64,000 nucleotides of DNA from Myxococcota bacterium (GTDB lineage: Bacteria > Myxococcota_A > UBA9160 > JAFDDA01): contig OZ245817.1 of NCBI GenBank assembly GCA_965228475.1, positions 1,184,001-1,248,000 on the forward strand. The letters are read 5' to 3'. How positions within the stretch are numbered: the first letter of the stretch is position 1; the number at the start of each line of letters is the position of its first letter. Below are positions 51,668 to 62,436 of the stretch, one piece after another. The notes under the pieces are model-generated. The model made no database searches and had not been told where the DNA came from. It worked only from the letters and a program-made list of their open reading frames with translations. Made by a program: the position numbers and the translations under genes.

Positions 51668-53281
51668 GTGCTCGTCGTCGGCGGTGGCATCAATGGCGCC
51701 GGCATCGCGCGCGACCTCGCCCTGCGCGGCGTCCGCGTCGCCCTCGTCGAGAAGAGCGAGTTCGGCTCGGGCACGAGCTGGGGCTCCTCGGGCATGATCC
51801 ACGGGGGGCTTCGCTACCTGCAGCACGACCCGGAGGTCACGCTGCACTCCTGCGTCGACTCCGGGCACATCCAGCGCATCGCGCCGCACCTCGTCTTCCG
51901 CATCCCGTTCCTGATGCCGATCTTCGCGGACGACCCGATCGGGGAGGAGATCGTCGAGATCGGTCTCGAGATGTACGACGCGTACCAGCCCTTCAAGGGC
52001 GGGCGTCCCCACACGCGGCTCACGCGCGAGCAGGCCCAGCAGCTCGAGCCCGCCATCTCCGATGCCATCGAGGGCGCCTTCACCCTGGACGAGTGGGGCG
52101 TCGACGCCGCGCGCCTGTGCGCCGCGAACGCCCTCGACGCGGCCGAGCGCGGGGCCTTCGTGCGGACGCACACCGAGGTCGTGCGCTTCCTGATCGAGGG
52201 CGGCCGGGTCTGCGGCGCGCTCGTGCGCGACCGCATCACCGGGGAGGAGCGCCGCATCGAGGCGCGCGAGACGATCAACGCCACGGGCCCGTGGTCCGAG
52301 CGCATGGCCGAGCTCGCGGGCGTTCCCGTGAAGCTTCGCCCGGGGAAGGGCATCCACCTGATCTTCGAGCGGCGTGTCTCGAACCTCGCGGTCTACGCGC
52401 GCGGCATCGACGGACGCGACATGTTCACCTTCCCGCACGAGCAGAACAGCATGGCGGGCACGACCGACGACGACTTCTACGGGGACCTCGACCGCCTCGA
52501 GGTCACCGAGGACGAGATCGCCTACGTGCTCCAGGCCATGGAGCGCTCGCTCCCGGGGATCCGGCGGCACCGCATCGTCCAGGCCATCGCCGCCGTGCGG
52601 CCGACGCTCTACGGCTTCGGGAGCTACGAGAACGAGCTCTCGCGCGACTACGAAGTCTTCGACCACGGGGAGCGCGACGGCGTGCCCGGCTTCTGGACGA
52701 TCGCCGGCGGGAAGCTCGCGGCCTACCGCCTGATGGCCGAGGACGCCTCGGACCGGCTGTGCACCGCGCTCGGCGTCGAGGAGACGAGCCGCAGCCACGA
52801 GGTTCCGCTGCCGGGGGCCGAAGCCACCTGGGACCCGGCGGAGATCTCCCGCCGCTTCTCGGTGGGCCTGCCGAGCGCGATCCGCCTGGGCTTCCGCCAC
52901 GCGGCCCGGGCGGAGGAGGTGCTGGCGACGGCGCCCGAGACCGGCCGCACCGTCGTTTGCGCCTGCGAACCCGTGCTCGAGGCGGAGCTTCGGCACGTGG
53001 CCGAGCGCGAAGGCCTGCGGACCCTCGACGACTGCCGCCTGCGCGTGCGCCTCGGCATCGGCGCCTGTCAGGGGGCGGCCTGCGCGTCTCATGCCGCCGC
53101 CGTGCTGGCCGACACCCTCGGCTGGGACGCCGAGCGCACCGGGGAGGAGCTCGCGCACTTCGTCCAGGAGCGCTGGCGGGCCGTGTCGCCGGCGCTGATG
53201 GGCGACCACGTCGGCGCGATGGAGCTCCACCGCGCGGCGTTCATCGGAGCGCGCGGGTTCCACGAAGCGGAGGAGTTCTAG
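51668..53281 (+). CDS. glpA: FAD-dependent glycerol-3-phosphate dehydrogenase subunit A
   Basis: Motifs GGGINGAG, IHGGLRYL, GGKLAAYRLMAE and a C-terminal BFD-like CACE..GACQGAAC. The true start may be a few codons upstream. Confidence 0.82.
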   Translation: MLVVGGGINGAGIARDLALRGVRVALVEKSEFGSGTSWGSSGMIHGGLRYLQHDPEVTLHSCVDSGHIQRIAPHLVFRIPFLMPIFADDPIGEEIVEIGLEMYDAYQPFKGGRPHTRLTREQAQQLEPAISDAIEGAFTLDEWGVDAARLCAANALDAAERGAFVRTHTEVVRFLIEGGRVCGALVRDRITGEERRIEARETINATGPWSERMAELAGVPVKLRPGKGIHLIFERRVSNLAVYARGIDGRDMFTFPHEQNSMAGTTDDDFYGDLDRLEVTEDEIAYVLQAMERSLPGIRRHRIVQAIAAVRPTLYGFGSYENELSRDYEVFDHGERDGVPGFWTIAGGKLAAYRLMAEDASDRLCTALGVEETSRSHEVPLPGAEATWDPAEISRRFSVGLPSAIRLGFRHAARAEEVLATAPETGRTVVCACEPVLEAELRHVAEREGLRTLDDCRLRVRLGIGACQGAACASHAAAVLADTLGWDAERTGEELAHFVQERWRAVSPALMGDHVGAMELHRAAFIGARGFHEAEEF

Positions 53282-53282
53282 G

Positions 53283-54707
53283 GTGCGGGTCGTCGTCGTC
53301 GGCGGCGGGCTCGCGGGCGCCAGCGCGGCGCTCTCGGCGGTCGAGGCCGGTGCCTCGGTGGATCTCGTCGGGGCCGGGCCGGGTTCGACCGCGCTCGGCT
53401 GGGGCACCCTCGACGTGGCGGCCGCCGCGCCCGGTTCGCGCCGCATGCGCTACCGCTCGGCGCTCCGCGATGCGCCGCTGACCGGCCAGGATCGTCTCGA
53501 CGTCCTCGTCGAGAGCTACCCGAGCCATCCCTACGCGACCCTGTGGCGAAGGCAGGACGCGGACGCCGCGCCCGGCCGTTCGCCGGATGCCCGGGACCCC
53601 GGCCAGGAGGTGAAGCAGGCGACGGCCTTCCTCGACGCGGCCCTCGCGCCCCACGGCCTCCGCGTCGAAGGGAGCCTCGACGCGAACCGTCTGCTCGCCG
53701 ACGAGCACGGCGCCGTCCGCGTGGTGGACTTCGCCTTCAGCGGCCCGGCCGAGGGGGATCTCTCCGAGGCGAGCGAGGTCGCCTGGGTGCGCATCCACGG
53801 CCTGCCCGGTCCACCGGCCTCGGCCGTGGTGCGCCGGTTCGCCGCGGAGTTCGCGGCGCTCGGGCATCCGCCGGTCCGGCTGCGCGCGCCGGTCCTTCGC
53901 TTGCCCGCCGGCCTCCCGGTGGACTCCCCGGCCCGGCTCGCGGCGGCCCTCGAGACCGAAGCCGGTTTCGCGGCCTTCGCCGAGGCGGCTGCGGACCTCG
54001 TGGCGGATCTCCCGGGCGATCGGCTCTGGCTCTTCCCGGCGGTCCTCGGCTTCGCCCGCGTGGCCGAGCGGCGGGCGGCCCTGGCCGAGCGACTCGGCGG
54101 TCCCGTGGGTGAGCGCCTCGGCGTCGTCCCGGGCTCGACCCCGGGCTACCGGCTGCAGCGGGCCCTCGACGCGGCGCTCGAGAGCGCCGGCGTCCGGCGG
54201 CACGCGGTCCGGGCTGAAGGCATCGTCGTCCGCGAGGGACGCGCTGCCGAGGTCGCCCTCGAAGCGCCCGACGCGGCGCTTCCGGCCGACGCCATCGTCC
54301 TGGCGACGGGGCGGTTCCTCGCGGGCGGTTTGCGCGACGAAGCCCGGGGCGTTCGCGAGCCGCTGCTCGGCCTGCCGCTCTTCGATGCCTCGGGGCGCCG
54401 CGTCGACGGCCGGCCGGCCCGCCAATCGCTCAAGCGCCGCTACCTCGATGCCCAGCCGCTCTACTCGGCGGGGGCCTGCGTCGACGGACGCCTGCGCGCG
54501 CTCTCGGCACCGGCCGGGGAGGCGGGCGCGCGGGTCGTCCTGCCGAACCTCCACGTGGCGGGGGATCTGCTCGGCGGCTTCGACCCGTCCCGGGAGCGCA
54601 CGGGTCTCGGTGTGGCGCTGGTGACGGGGCGGCTGGCCGGGCGGCTCGCCGTCGAAGTTCCTCCGGCGTCGGCCGAGCCGCCGGAAGCCGGCGGGGCCGA
54701 CCGATGA
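53283..54707 (+). CDS. glpB: GlpB-like flavoprotein subunit
   Basis: Motifs GGGLAG, PGYRLQRAL, VLATGRFLAGGL, REPLLGLP and GLGVALVTG. Confidence 0.75.
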   Translation: MRVVVVGGGLAGASAALSAVEAGASVDLVGAGPGSTALGWGTLDVAAAAPGSRRMRYRSALRDAPLTGQDRLDVLVESYPSHPYATLWRRQDADAAPGRSPDARDPGQEVKQATAFLDAALAPHGLRVEGSLDANRLLADEHGAVRVVDFAFSGPAEGDLSEASEVAWVRIHGLPGPPASAVVRRFAAEFAALGHPPVRLRAPVLRLPAGLPVDSPARLAAALETEAGFAAFAEAAADLVADLPGDRLWLFPAVLGFARVAERRAALAERLGGPVGERLGVVPGSTPGYRLQRALDAALESAGVRRHAVRAEGIVVREGRAAEVALEAPDAALPADAIVLATGRFLAGGLRDEARGVREPLLGLPLFDASGRRVDGRPARQSLKRRYLDAQPLYSAGACVDGRLRALSAPAGEAGARVVLPNLHVAGDLLGGFDPSRERTGLGVALVTGRLAGRLAVEVPPASAEPPEAGGADR

Positions 54708-55195
54708 GCGTGCGGAGCTTCTTCCGCGGGTACCGCGGCTTCCTGCGCGAACTCGGGAACACCGGGACGATGGCGGCGCTCCAGCTCCAGGTGAAGACCG
54801 GCGCGCTCCACGTGCTGCGCTCCTTCGGACGCAAGCGGGCCGAGGACCCGGTCGGCCTCTTCCTCGAGAACTACGGCGCGGACGGCGTGCGGCTCCCGGA
54901 CCCGGAGGCCCGGCCGCTCTCGCTCGCGGCGGCCCGCTGCCTGGCCTGTGGCCTCTGCTCTCTCGAATGTGCCCGCGTCGGCGGCCAGCCGCCGCTCGAC
55001 CCGCGCGACGCCGTTCTGGCCGGCGCCCGCCTCGAGATCGATCTCACCCGCCTCGGCCTCTCCCTCGGGCCCGCGGCTCCGGAGGGCGAACCCGCTGACC
55101 CCTGTACGGGCTGCGCTGCGTGCGAGACCGTTTGCCCCGCTCGGATCCCGATCGCCCGCGTCCAGGCCCGTCTGGCCCGGGCCGGCACCGCCTGA
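54704..55195 (+). CDS. Small 2x[4Fe-4S] ferredoxin-type protein
   Basis: Cluster motifs CLACGLCSLEC and CTGCAACETVCP; overlaps the glpB stop. Confidence 0.75.
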   Translation: MSVRSFFRGYRGFLRELGNTGTMAALQLQVKTGALHVLRSFGRKRAEDPVGLFLENYGADGVRLPDPEARPLSLAAARCLACGLCSLECARVGGQPPLDPRDAVLAGARLEIDLTRLGLSLGPAAPEGEPADPCTGCAACETVCPARIPIARVQARLARAGTA

Positions 55196-55298
55196 GCCCC
55201 CTCCCTGCGCTATAACACCGCCCGTCGGGCGCCCCGAATCGGCGCGCCCCGAATCACCCCCGCGCCCCCGCAAGCGGCCTCCTGGCCGCGCGCAGTGA

Positions 55299-56252
<954 letters not shown>

Positions 56253-56264
56253 GAGCAGTTTCGG

Positions 56265-57431
56265 ATGAACGTTCACGAGTATCAGGCGAAAGAACTCCTG
56301 CGCGCGGCGGGCGTCGCGGTTCCGGACGGCGTGGTCGCGACCACCGCCGACGAAGCCGAGGCCGCCGCGAAGCAGCTCGGCGGCGATCTCTGCGTCGTGA
56401 AGGCGCAGATCCACGCCGGCGGGCGCGGGAAGGGCGGCGGCGTGAAGCTCGCCAAGTCCGTCGCGGAGGCGCGCAAGCATGCCGAGGACATCCTCGGGAT
56501 GACCCTCGTGACCCACCAGACCGGGCCCGAGGGCAAGCTCGTGCGCAAGGTCTACGTGGAAGCGGGCTCGGACATCGCCCGGGAGCTCTACCTCGGCATC
56601 GTGCTCGACCGCAGCGCCGAGAAGCTCGCGGTGATCGCCTCGACCGAGGGCGGCATGGAGATCGAGGAGGTCGCGGCCAAGACGCCCGAGAAGATCCTCA
56701 CCGTGCACATCGACCCGAACGTCGGGCTCCAGGGCTTCCAGGCGCGCGACGTCGGCTTCGGCCTGGGCCTCGACGGCGACCAGGTGAAGAAGTTCGAGGT
56801 GTTCCTGAAGGCGCTCTACGACCTCTACGTCGAGAAGGATTGCTCGATCGCGGAGATCAACCCGCTCGTGGTGACGGGGCAGGGCGACCTGCTCGCCCTC
56901 GACTGCAAGCTCAACTTCGACGACAACGCGCTCTACCGGCACGAGGACGTGGCCGCGCTGCGCGACCCGGACGAAGAGGACGAGCGCGAGCGCGCCGCCA
57001 ACGAGATCGACCTCGCCTACGTGGGCCTCGACGGCAACGTCGGCTGCATGGTGAACGGCGCGGGCCTCGCCATGGCGACCCTCGACATGCTCACCCACTG
57101 CGGCGGCGAGCCCGCGAACTTCCTCGACGCCGGCGGCACCGCCGACCGGGCGAAGGTCGCGGAGGCCTTCAAGCTCATCCTGCGCGACGACAAGGTGAAG
57201 GCGATCCTCGTGAACATCTTCGGCGGGATCGTGCGCTGCGACATGATCGCCGAGGGCGTGATCGCTGCGGCGACGGAGCTCGACGTCACCGTGCCGCTCG
57301 TCGTGCGGCTCCAGGGAACGAACGCCGCGGAGGGTCGGGAGATCCTCGAGAAGAGCGGCCTGAACATCACGCCCGCCGAAACCCTCGGCGAAGCGGGCGA
57401 AAAGGCGGTTGCGGCCGCGGCGGGGAACTGA
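56265..57431 (+). CDS. sucC: Succinyl-CoA synthetase beta subunit
   Basis: Motifs [29 protein letters not shown] and NIFGGI. Confidence 0.97.
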   Translation: MNVHEYQAKELLRAAGVAVPDGVVATTADEAEAAAKQLGGDLCVVKAQIHAGGRGKGGGVKLAKSVAEARKHAEDILGMTLVTHQTGPEGKLVRKVYVEAGSDIARELYLGIVLDRSAEKLAVIASTEGGMEIEEVAAKTPEKILTVHIDPNVGLQGFQARDVGFGLGLDGDQVKKFEVFLKALYDLYVEKDCSIAEINPLVVTGQGDLLALDCKLNFDDNALYRHEDVAALRDPDEEDERERAANEIDLAYVGLDGNVGCMVNGAGLAMATLDMLTHCGGEPANFLDAGGTADRAKVAEAFKLILRDDKVKAILVNIFGGIVRCDMIAEGVIAAATELDVTVPLVVRLQGTNAAEGREILEKSGLNITPAETLGEAGEKAVAAAAGN

Positions 57432-57433
57432 GC

Positions 57434-58303
<870 letters not shown>

Positions 58304-58322
58304 GAGCGGTACCCTTCTCCGC

Positions 58323-58475
58323 ATGAGCGAGCGCCTCCTCGAGATCGCCCGGCGATTGCAGGCCCAGCCGTGGAACCGCCCAGGGCAGGAGAAGGGCTGG
58401 GTGCTCGAAGCCATGGCCCAGGGTCGGAGGCTTCGCACCGAGGTGAGGCGGGTCCCTCGCGATGCCCCGTCCTAG
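58323..58475 (+). CDS. Small 50-aa protein below the ORF-track cutoff, putative partner of the downstream nucleotidyltransferase
   Basis: ATG 58323 to TAG 58475 reads MSERLLEIARRLQAQPWNRPGQEKGWVLEAMAQGRRLRTEVRRVPRDAPS. It overlaps the next start by 14 bp. Confidence 0.5.
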   Translation: MSERLLEIARRLQAQPWNRPGQEKGWVLEAMAQGRRLRTEVRRVPRDAPS

Positions 58476-58983
58476 CGGGTTCGCGAGAGTCCTCGCGGCC
58501 TTCGTCGAGCGCGGCGTGGATTTCGTGGTCGTCGGGGTCGGCGGAATCAACTTCTACGCCCGCACGCCTTCCGACGCCTTTGCCACCCTCGATCTCGACA
58601 CACTCCTGCGGCCCACGGTAGAGACCCTGGCGACGGCGCTCGCGGTGCTCGGCGAGTTGGGGTTCGACCTGGAGGCCGGCGGGGAACCCTTCCTCGACGC
58701 GGAGGACCCGCGGGTGTTGGAAACCCTCGTAGCGCGCGGGGCCAGCCTCTCGGCGATCCACTCCGACGGGACACAGATCGACGTGATGACGTCGATCGCC
58801 GGCTTCGACTATGCGGGGCTGGCGGACGACGCGACGCTCTTCGAGGTCTCGGGGACGCCGGTCCGTGTGGGCCGGCTGACCAAGCTGCTTCGGGCCAAGG
58901 AAGCGGCCGGGCGTCCCAAGGACCTCGACTTCCTTCGTGCCTTCGAGGCGCACCAGCCGAACGAGGAGCCCGAGGGCAGCTAG
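58462..58983 (+). CDS. Nucleotidyltransferase-fold protein
   Basis: FVVVGVGG..TLDLD (G-x plus DxD), IDV third acidic residue, and C-terminal K..AGRPKD. Confidence 0.7.
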   Translation: MPRPSGFARVLAAFVERGVDFVVVGVGGINFYARTPSDAFATLDLDTLLRPTVETLATALAVLGELGFDLEAGGEPFLDAEDPRVLETLVARGASLSAIHSDGTQIDVMTSIAGFDYAGLADDATLFEVSGTPVRVGRLTKLLRAKEAAGRPKDLDFLRAFEAHQPNEEPEGS

Positions 58984-59007
58984 GCAGGAACGTCCCCCTG
59001 GCCAGCG

Positions 59008-61254
59008 CTACGGGAAGAGCACCTTGGCGCGCTTCTCGGCCTTCTCCCACATGCGGATGTAGCCCTCGGCGGACTTGAAGAGGGGCTCGAGCTCCTCGTC
59101 CGTCACGCCGTCGCCGCGGATGTCTTCGATCAGCTCGGGGAACAGGCCGATGTGCGCCATGCCCTCGGTGTTGAAGTCCGCGATGCGGTTGCCGAGCGCC
59201 GGCGGGTGGAAGGTCACGTCGCCCGCGTAGGAGGTGAACGGGTAGGTCACCGGGTCGCTCTGGGGGGAGCTGCATCCGTCGGGGCCGAAGCGCGGCCGCG
59301 GCCCGCCCGCGAATCCGTTCAGGTCGAAGCCGAAGCCCTCGGCCGGGAAGCCCCCGGCATCGCGGATCTGCTGGATGCGGCTCTGATAGCCGTCGTCGAC
59401 GGTGGCCGCCTGGTTCGGGTTGCGGCAGCGGCCGAAGCCCGACTTCGAGACGCCGCCGAGCTCGTAGATCTTGCCCCGGTTGTTCAGGCCGTGGGTTCCC
59501 GCGGCGGGGTAGTCGGCCTCCTCGAGCATCTCGAAGGCCCGCTGGTAGGAGCGGCGGGGGAGGTGATCGACCTCGATGATCATGCCCCGGCGCATCATCT
59601 CCCGGATCAGGAACTCGCCGAGGTCGGTCAGGCCCGTCGCCTGGCACACCTCCTCGTCCGTCGGCCCGGCGAGCAGGTCGAGGACGCCGACCGCGGAGAA
59701 GATCGTCCCGAGCGGGTCGTTCGGGAAGTTGCTGAAGTCGTTGGGTGCGGGGGCGAGGTAGTCGTCGCGCACGTCGATCAGGGCCGAGAAGAAGGAGCGG
59801 CCGCGGTCGAAGACGGTCGGCACGTCGGGGCAGTTCTCGGTCTCGAAGTTCAGCCAGTGGCCCGTCTGCGCGAAGTTCCCGAGCTCGATGATGACCTTGT
59901 CGCCGTCGCCCGCCGAGAAGCCGTTGTCGTACTTGTGGACGGGGAAGAGCGCCCGCACGCCGCGCGCATGGTACTCGTCGAGCGCGTCGAGCACGTCCTG
60001 CTCGCTGCAGCGCTCCTGGCCCGGCGGCGGCGTCAGGTAGCAATCGAACAGGTTCGACGTCTCGATGCCCAGGATCACCGCCATGTTGCCGCGCTCGATC
60101 TCGAGCCGCGCCTCCGCCGGCGACGTGACGACGCGGAACCAGCCCTTGCCGGGGCCGCCCTCCTGGGCGTCGATGTAGTCCTGCATCGCGTAGGTCTCGG
60201 TGATGATGCGATCCACCGCGACCATGTCGTCGCAGGCGTAGCGCGCGCGCTGGGAGCCGAGGCCGGTCGTGAGGTCGCAGATGATCCGGTTCGAGGTCGC
60301 GTGCTGCACCACGAGCCGCAGTCCGGCCAGGTACGCGCGCTCGAGCCAGCGGTAGTACTGGGTCTGGTGGGTCGAGCTCCCCCAGGTGCTCGGCCAGTCC
60401 GTGAACTCCGGCCAGCCCGCCGTCACGTGGTTGGCTTCGACCGTCTCGCCGGTCAGCAGGACGGGCAGGAGCGTCGTGATGTCGCCGTCCATGTTGTCGA
60501 AGCCGAAGCCGAACAGGTCGCGGCGGCCCTCTTCGCCGTGGACGAAGGCGCAGTCGGGGAGGGCGTGCTCGATGCCGAGCGGGTGGAAGGGCGCGCCGTG
60601 GAACATGCCGCCGCCGCCGAAGGCGAAGTTCGAGAGGATGTGGCTGTGGGTGTCGACGACGCCGAAGAGCGATCCGTCCGGGAACTTGTTGCCCTTTGCG
60701 GGGCGGCCCGTGGCGTCGAGCGGGGCCTCGGGGAACTCGGCGCAGCCCGAAACCTCGAGGAGCGTGAACTCCCCGGCCTCGTCGAGGCCGTCGACCAGGC
60801 CCGAGGTGCCGAGGTAGCGGCCCGAGCGGAGCTGCCGCACGCGGAAGCGCGTCTTGTCCTTCGCGTCCTCCGTGAGGATCTCCCACTCGGCCGGCGATTC
60901 GAAGGTGTCGTCGATCAGAACGACGTCCGAGAGCAGCTCGGCGCGGCGGTCGAGGGCGCCGCCGTCGGAGACGAGGTAGGAGCGCTCGTCGTCGTAGAAG
61001 AGGTAGGTGCCGAGGCCCGAGGCCTTGAGGAAGAAGCGGTCGGCCTTCTGGAAGGGGCCGGGCTCGAAGGCGTAGTGGCCATCGCGCGCGGTCAGCCAGG
61101 CGTCCTGCCCGGCGACGCCGACGGCAAAGCAGCGGTTGGCGAGGTGGTAGACCGGAGAGACCTCGGCGCTCGGCGGCGGGGGCTCTTCCGGGAGGCAGCC
61201 TTGGAGAGCGACGACGTGGAGCGCAACGAGGAACGTCAGGGTGTGCTTCAGCAT
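59008..61254 (-). CDS. Amidohydrolase/membrane-dipeptidase-like lipoprotein with N-terminal beta-rich domain
   Basis: Lipobox LQGC, metal motif DTHSH, YYRWLERAY..GLRL, ILGIE, EVDHL and GMAHIGLFPE. Confidence 0.7.
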   Translation of the reverse strand: MLKHTLTFLVALHVVALQGCLPEEPPPPSAEVSPVYHLANRCFAVGVAGQDAWLTARDGHYAFEPGPFQKADRFFLKASGLGTYLFYDDERSYLVSDGGALDRRAELLSDVVLIDDTFESPAEWEILTEDAKDKTRFRVRQLRSGRYLGTSGLVDGLDEAGEFTLLEVSGCAEFPEAPLDATGRPAKGNKFPDGSLFGVVDTHSHILSNFAFGGGGMFHGAPFHPLGIEHALPDCAFVHGEEGRRDLFGFGFDNMDGDITTLLPVLLTGETVEANHVTAGWPEFTDWPSTWGSSTHQTQYYRWLERAYLAGLRLVVQHATSNRIICDLTTGLGSQRARYACDDMVAVDRIITETYAMQDYIDAQEGGPGKGWFRVVTSPAEARLEIERGNMAVILGIETSNLFDCYLTPPPGQERCSEQDVLDALDEYHARGVRALFPVHKYDNGFSAGDGDKVIIELGNFAQTGHWLNFETENCPDVPTVFDRGRSFFSALIDVRDDYLAPAPNDFSNFPNDPLGTIFSAVGVLDLLAGPTDEEVCQATGLTDLGEFLIREMMRRGMIIEVDHLPRRSYQRAFEMLEEADYPAAGTHGLNNRGKIYELGGVSKSGFGRCRNPNQAATVDDGYQSRIQQIRDAGGFPAEGFGFDLNGFAGGPRPRFGPDGCSSPQSDPVTYPFTSYAGDVTFHPPALGNRIADFNTEGMAHIGLFPELIEDIRGDGVTDEELEPLFKSAEGYIRMWEKAEKRAKVLFP

Positions 61255-61403
61255 GGCCGCACAGTACCTGAACGAGCGGTAAAACGTCTACCGAACCGGC
61301 ATTCCCGGAGTTGCCGTTCGGATGCACGGCGCCGACGTTGGCGAGTTGCGGGCGAAGTTCGTGCGAAGACCCACCAGGAACTGGAGTTCGTGCTCCACTC
61401 CGG

Positions 61404-62420
61404 TCAGGGCTCGACCGTCCAGGTGGCGCCGCCCTCGAGCAGCGCCTTCAGGTCGCCGGCGCCGCGGTCGGCGATGGCGTCCTCGACCTGCTGGGTGAGC
61501 AGGCCGTCGTAGGTGGCCCGCTCGACCTCGCGGAAGATCCCGACCGGGGTCGGGAAGTGGGGCGGGGCCATGCTGCCGAGGGCGAAGGCGTAGGAGACGC
61601 TCGGCGAGAAGTCGTCGTGCACGACGATGCCCGCCTCGACGGGGTCCGCGTCGTCGGCCAGGGGGACGACGACCGGCGTTCCGTCTTCGATGCGAATGCC
61701 GCGCCGCGACCCCGGCGCTCCGTAGACGAGCGGCTCGCCGTGGATCAGCTGGAGGGCGAAGTCGCTGCGCGTGGATTTGTTCTCGACCTGCTCCCATTCG
61801 CCGTCGTTGTAGACCGGGCAGTTCTGCAGGATCTCGATGAAGGCCGTGCCCGAGTGGGCGTGGGCGCGCCGCAGCATCTCCTGGAGGTGCTTGGCGTCGA
61901 CGTCGACGGTGCGTGCCACGAAGGTCGCGCCGGCGGCCAGGGCGAAGCTCACCGGGTCCACGGGGTAGTCGATGGCGCCGCCCGGTGACGACTTCGTCTT
62001 CATGCCCGGGAGCGACGTCGGCGAGTACTGCCCCTTCGTGAGCCCGTAGACGCGGTTGTTGAAGAGCAGGATCTGGAGGTCGACGTTGCGGCGGATCGTG
62101 TGCAGCATGTGGTTGCCGCCGATCGAGAGCCCGTCGCCGTCGCCCGTGATCACCCAGACCGAGAGCTCCGGGCGCGCGGCCTTCATGCCCGTCGCGAAGG
62201 CCGGGGCGCGGCCGTGGATGGTGTGGAAGCCGTAGGTGTTCATGTAGTAGGGGAAGCGGCTCGAGCACCCGATCCCCGAGACGAAGACGACGTTCTCGCG
62301 CGCGACGCCGAGCTCCGGCATCACCTTCTGCACGTTCGACAGGACCGAGTAGTCCCCGCAGCCCGGGCACCAGCGCACTTCCTGGTTCGAGACGAAGTCC
62401 TTCCGGACGAGTGTGCTCAC
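61404..62420 (-). CDS. korB: 2-oxoacid:ferredoxin oxidoreductase beta subunit
   Basis: Motifs WCPGCGD, SGIGCSSR, GDGD..IGGNH and YGLTKGQ. Confidence 0.92.
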   Translation of the reverse strand: MSTLVRKDFVSNQEVRWCPGCGDYSVLSNVQKVMPELGVARENVVFVSGIGCSSRFPYYMNTYGFHTIHGRAPAFATGMKAARPELSVWVITGDGDGLSIGGNHMLHTIRRNVDLQILLFNNRVYGLTKGQYSPTSLPGMKTKSSPGGAIDYPVDPVSFALAAGATFVARTVDVDAKHLQEMLRRAHAHSGTAFIEILQNCPVYNDGEWEQVENKSTRSDFALQLIHGEPLVYGAPGSRRGIRIEDGTPVVVPLADDADPVEAGIVVHDDFSPSVSYAFALGSMAPPHFPTPVGIFREVERATYDGLLTQQVEDAIADRGAGDLKALLEGGATWTVEP

Positions 62421-62436
62421 GAAGAACGTCTCCTGC

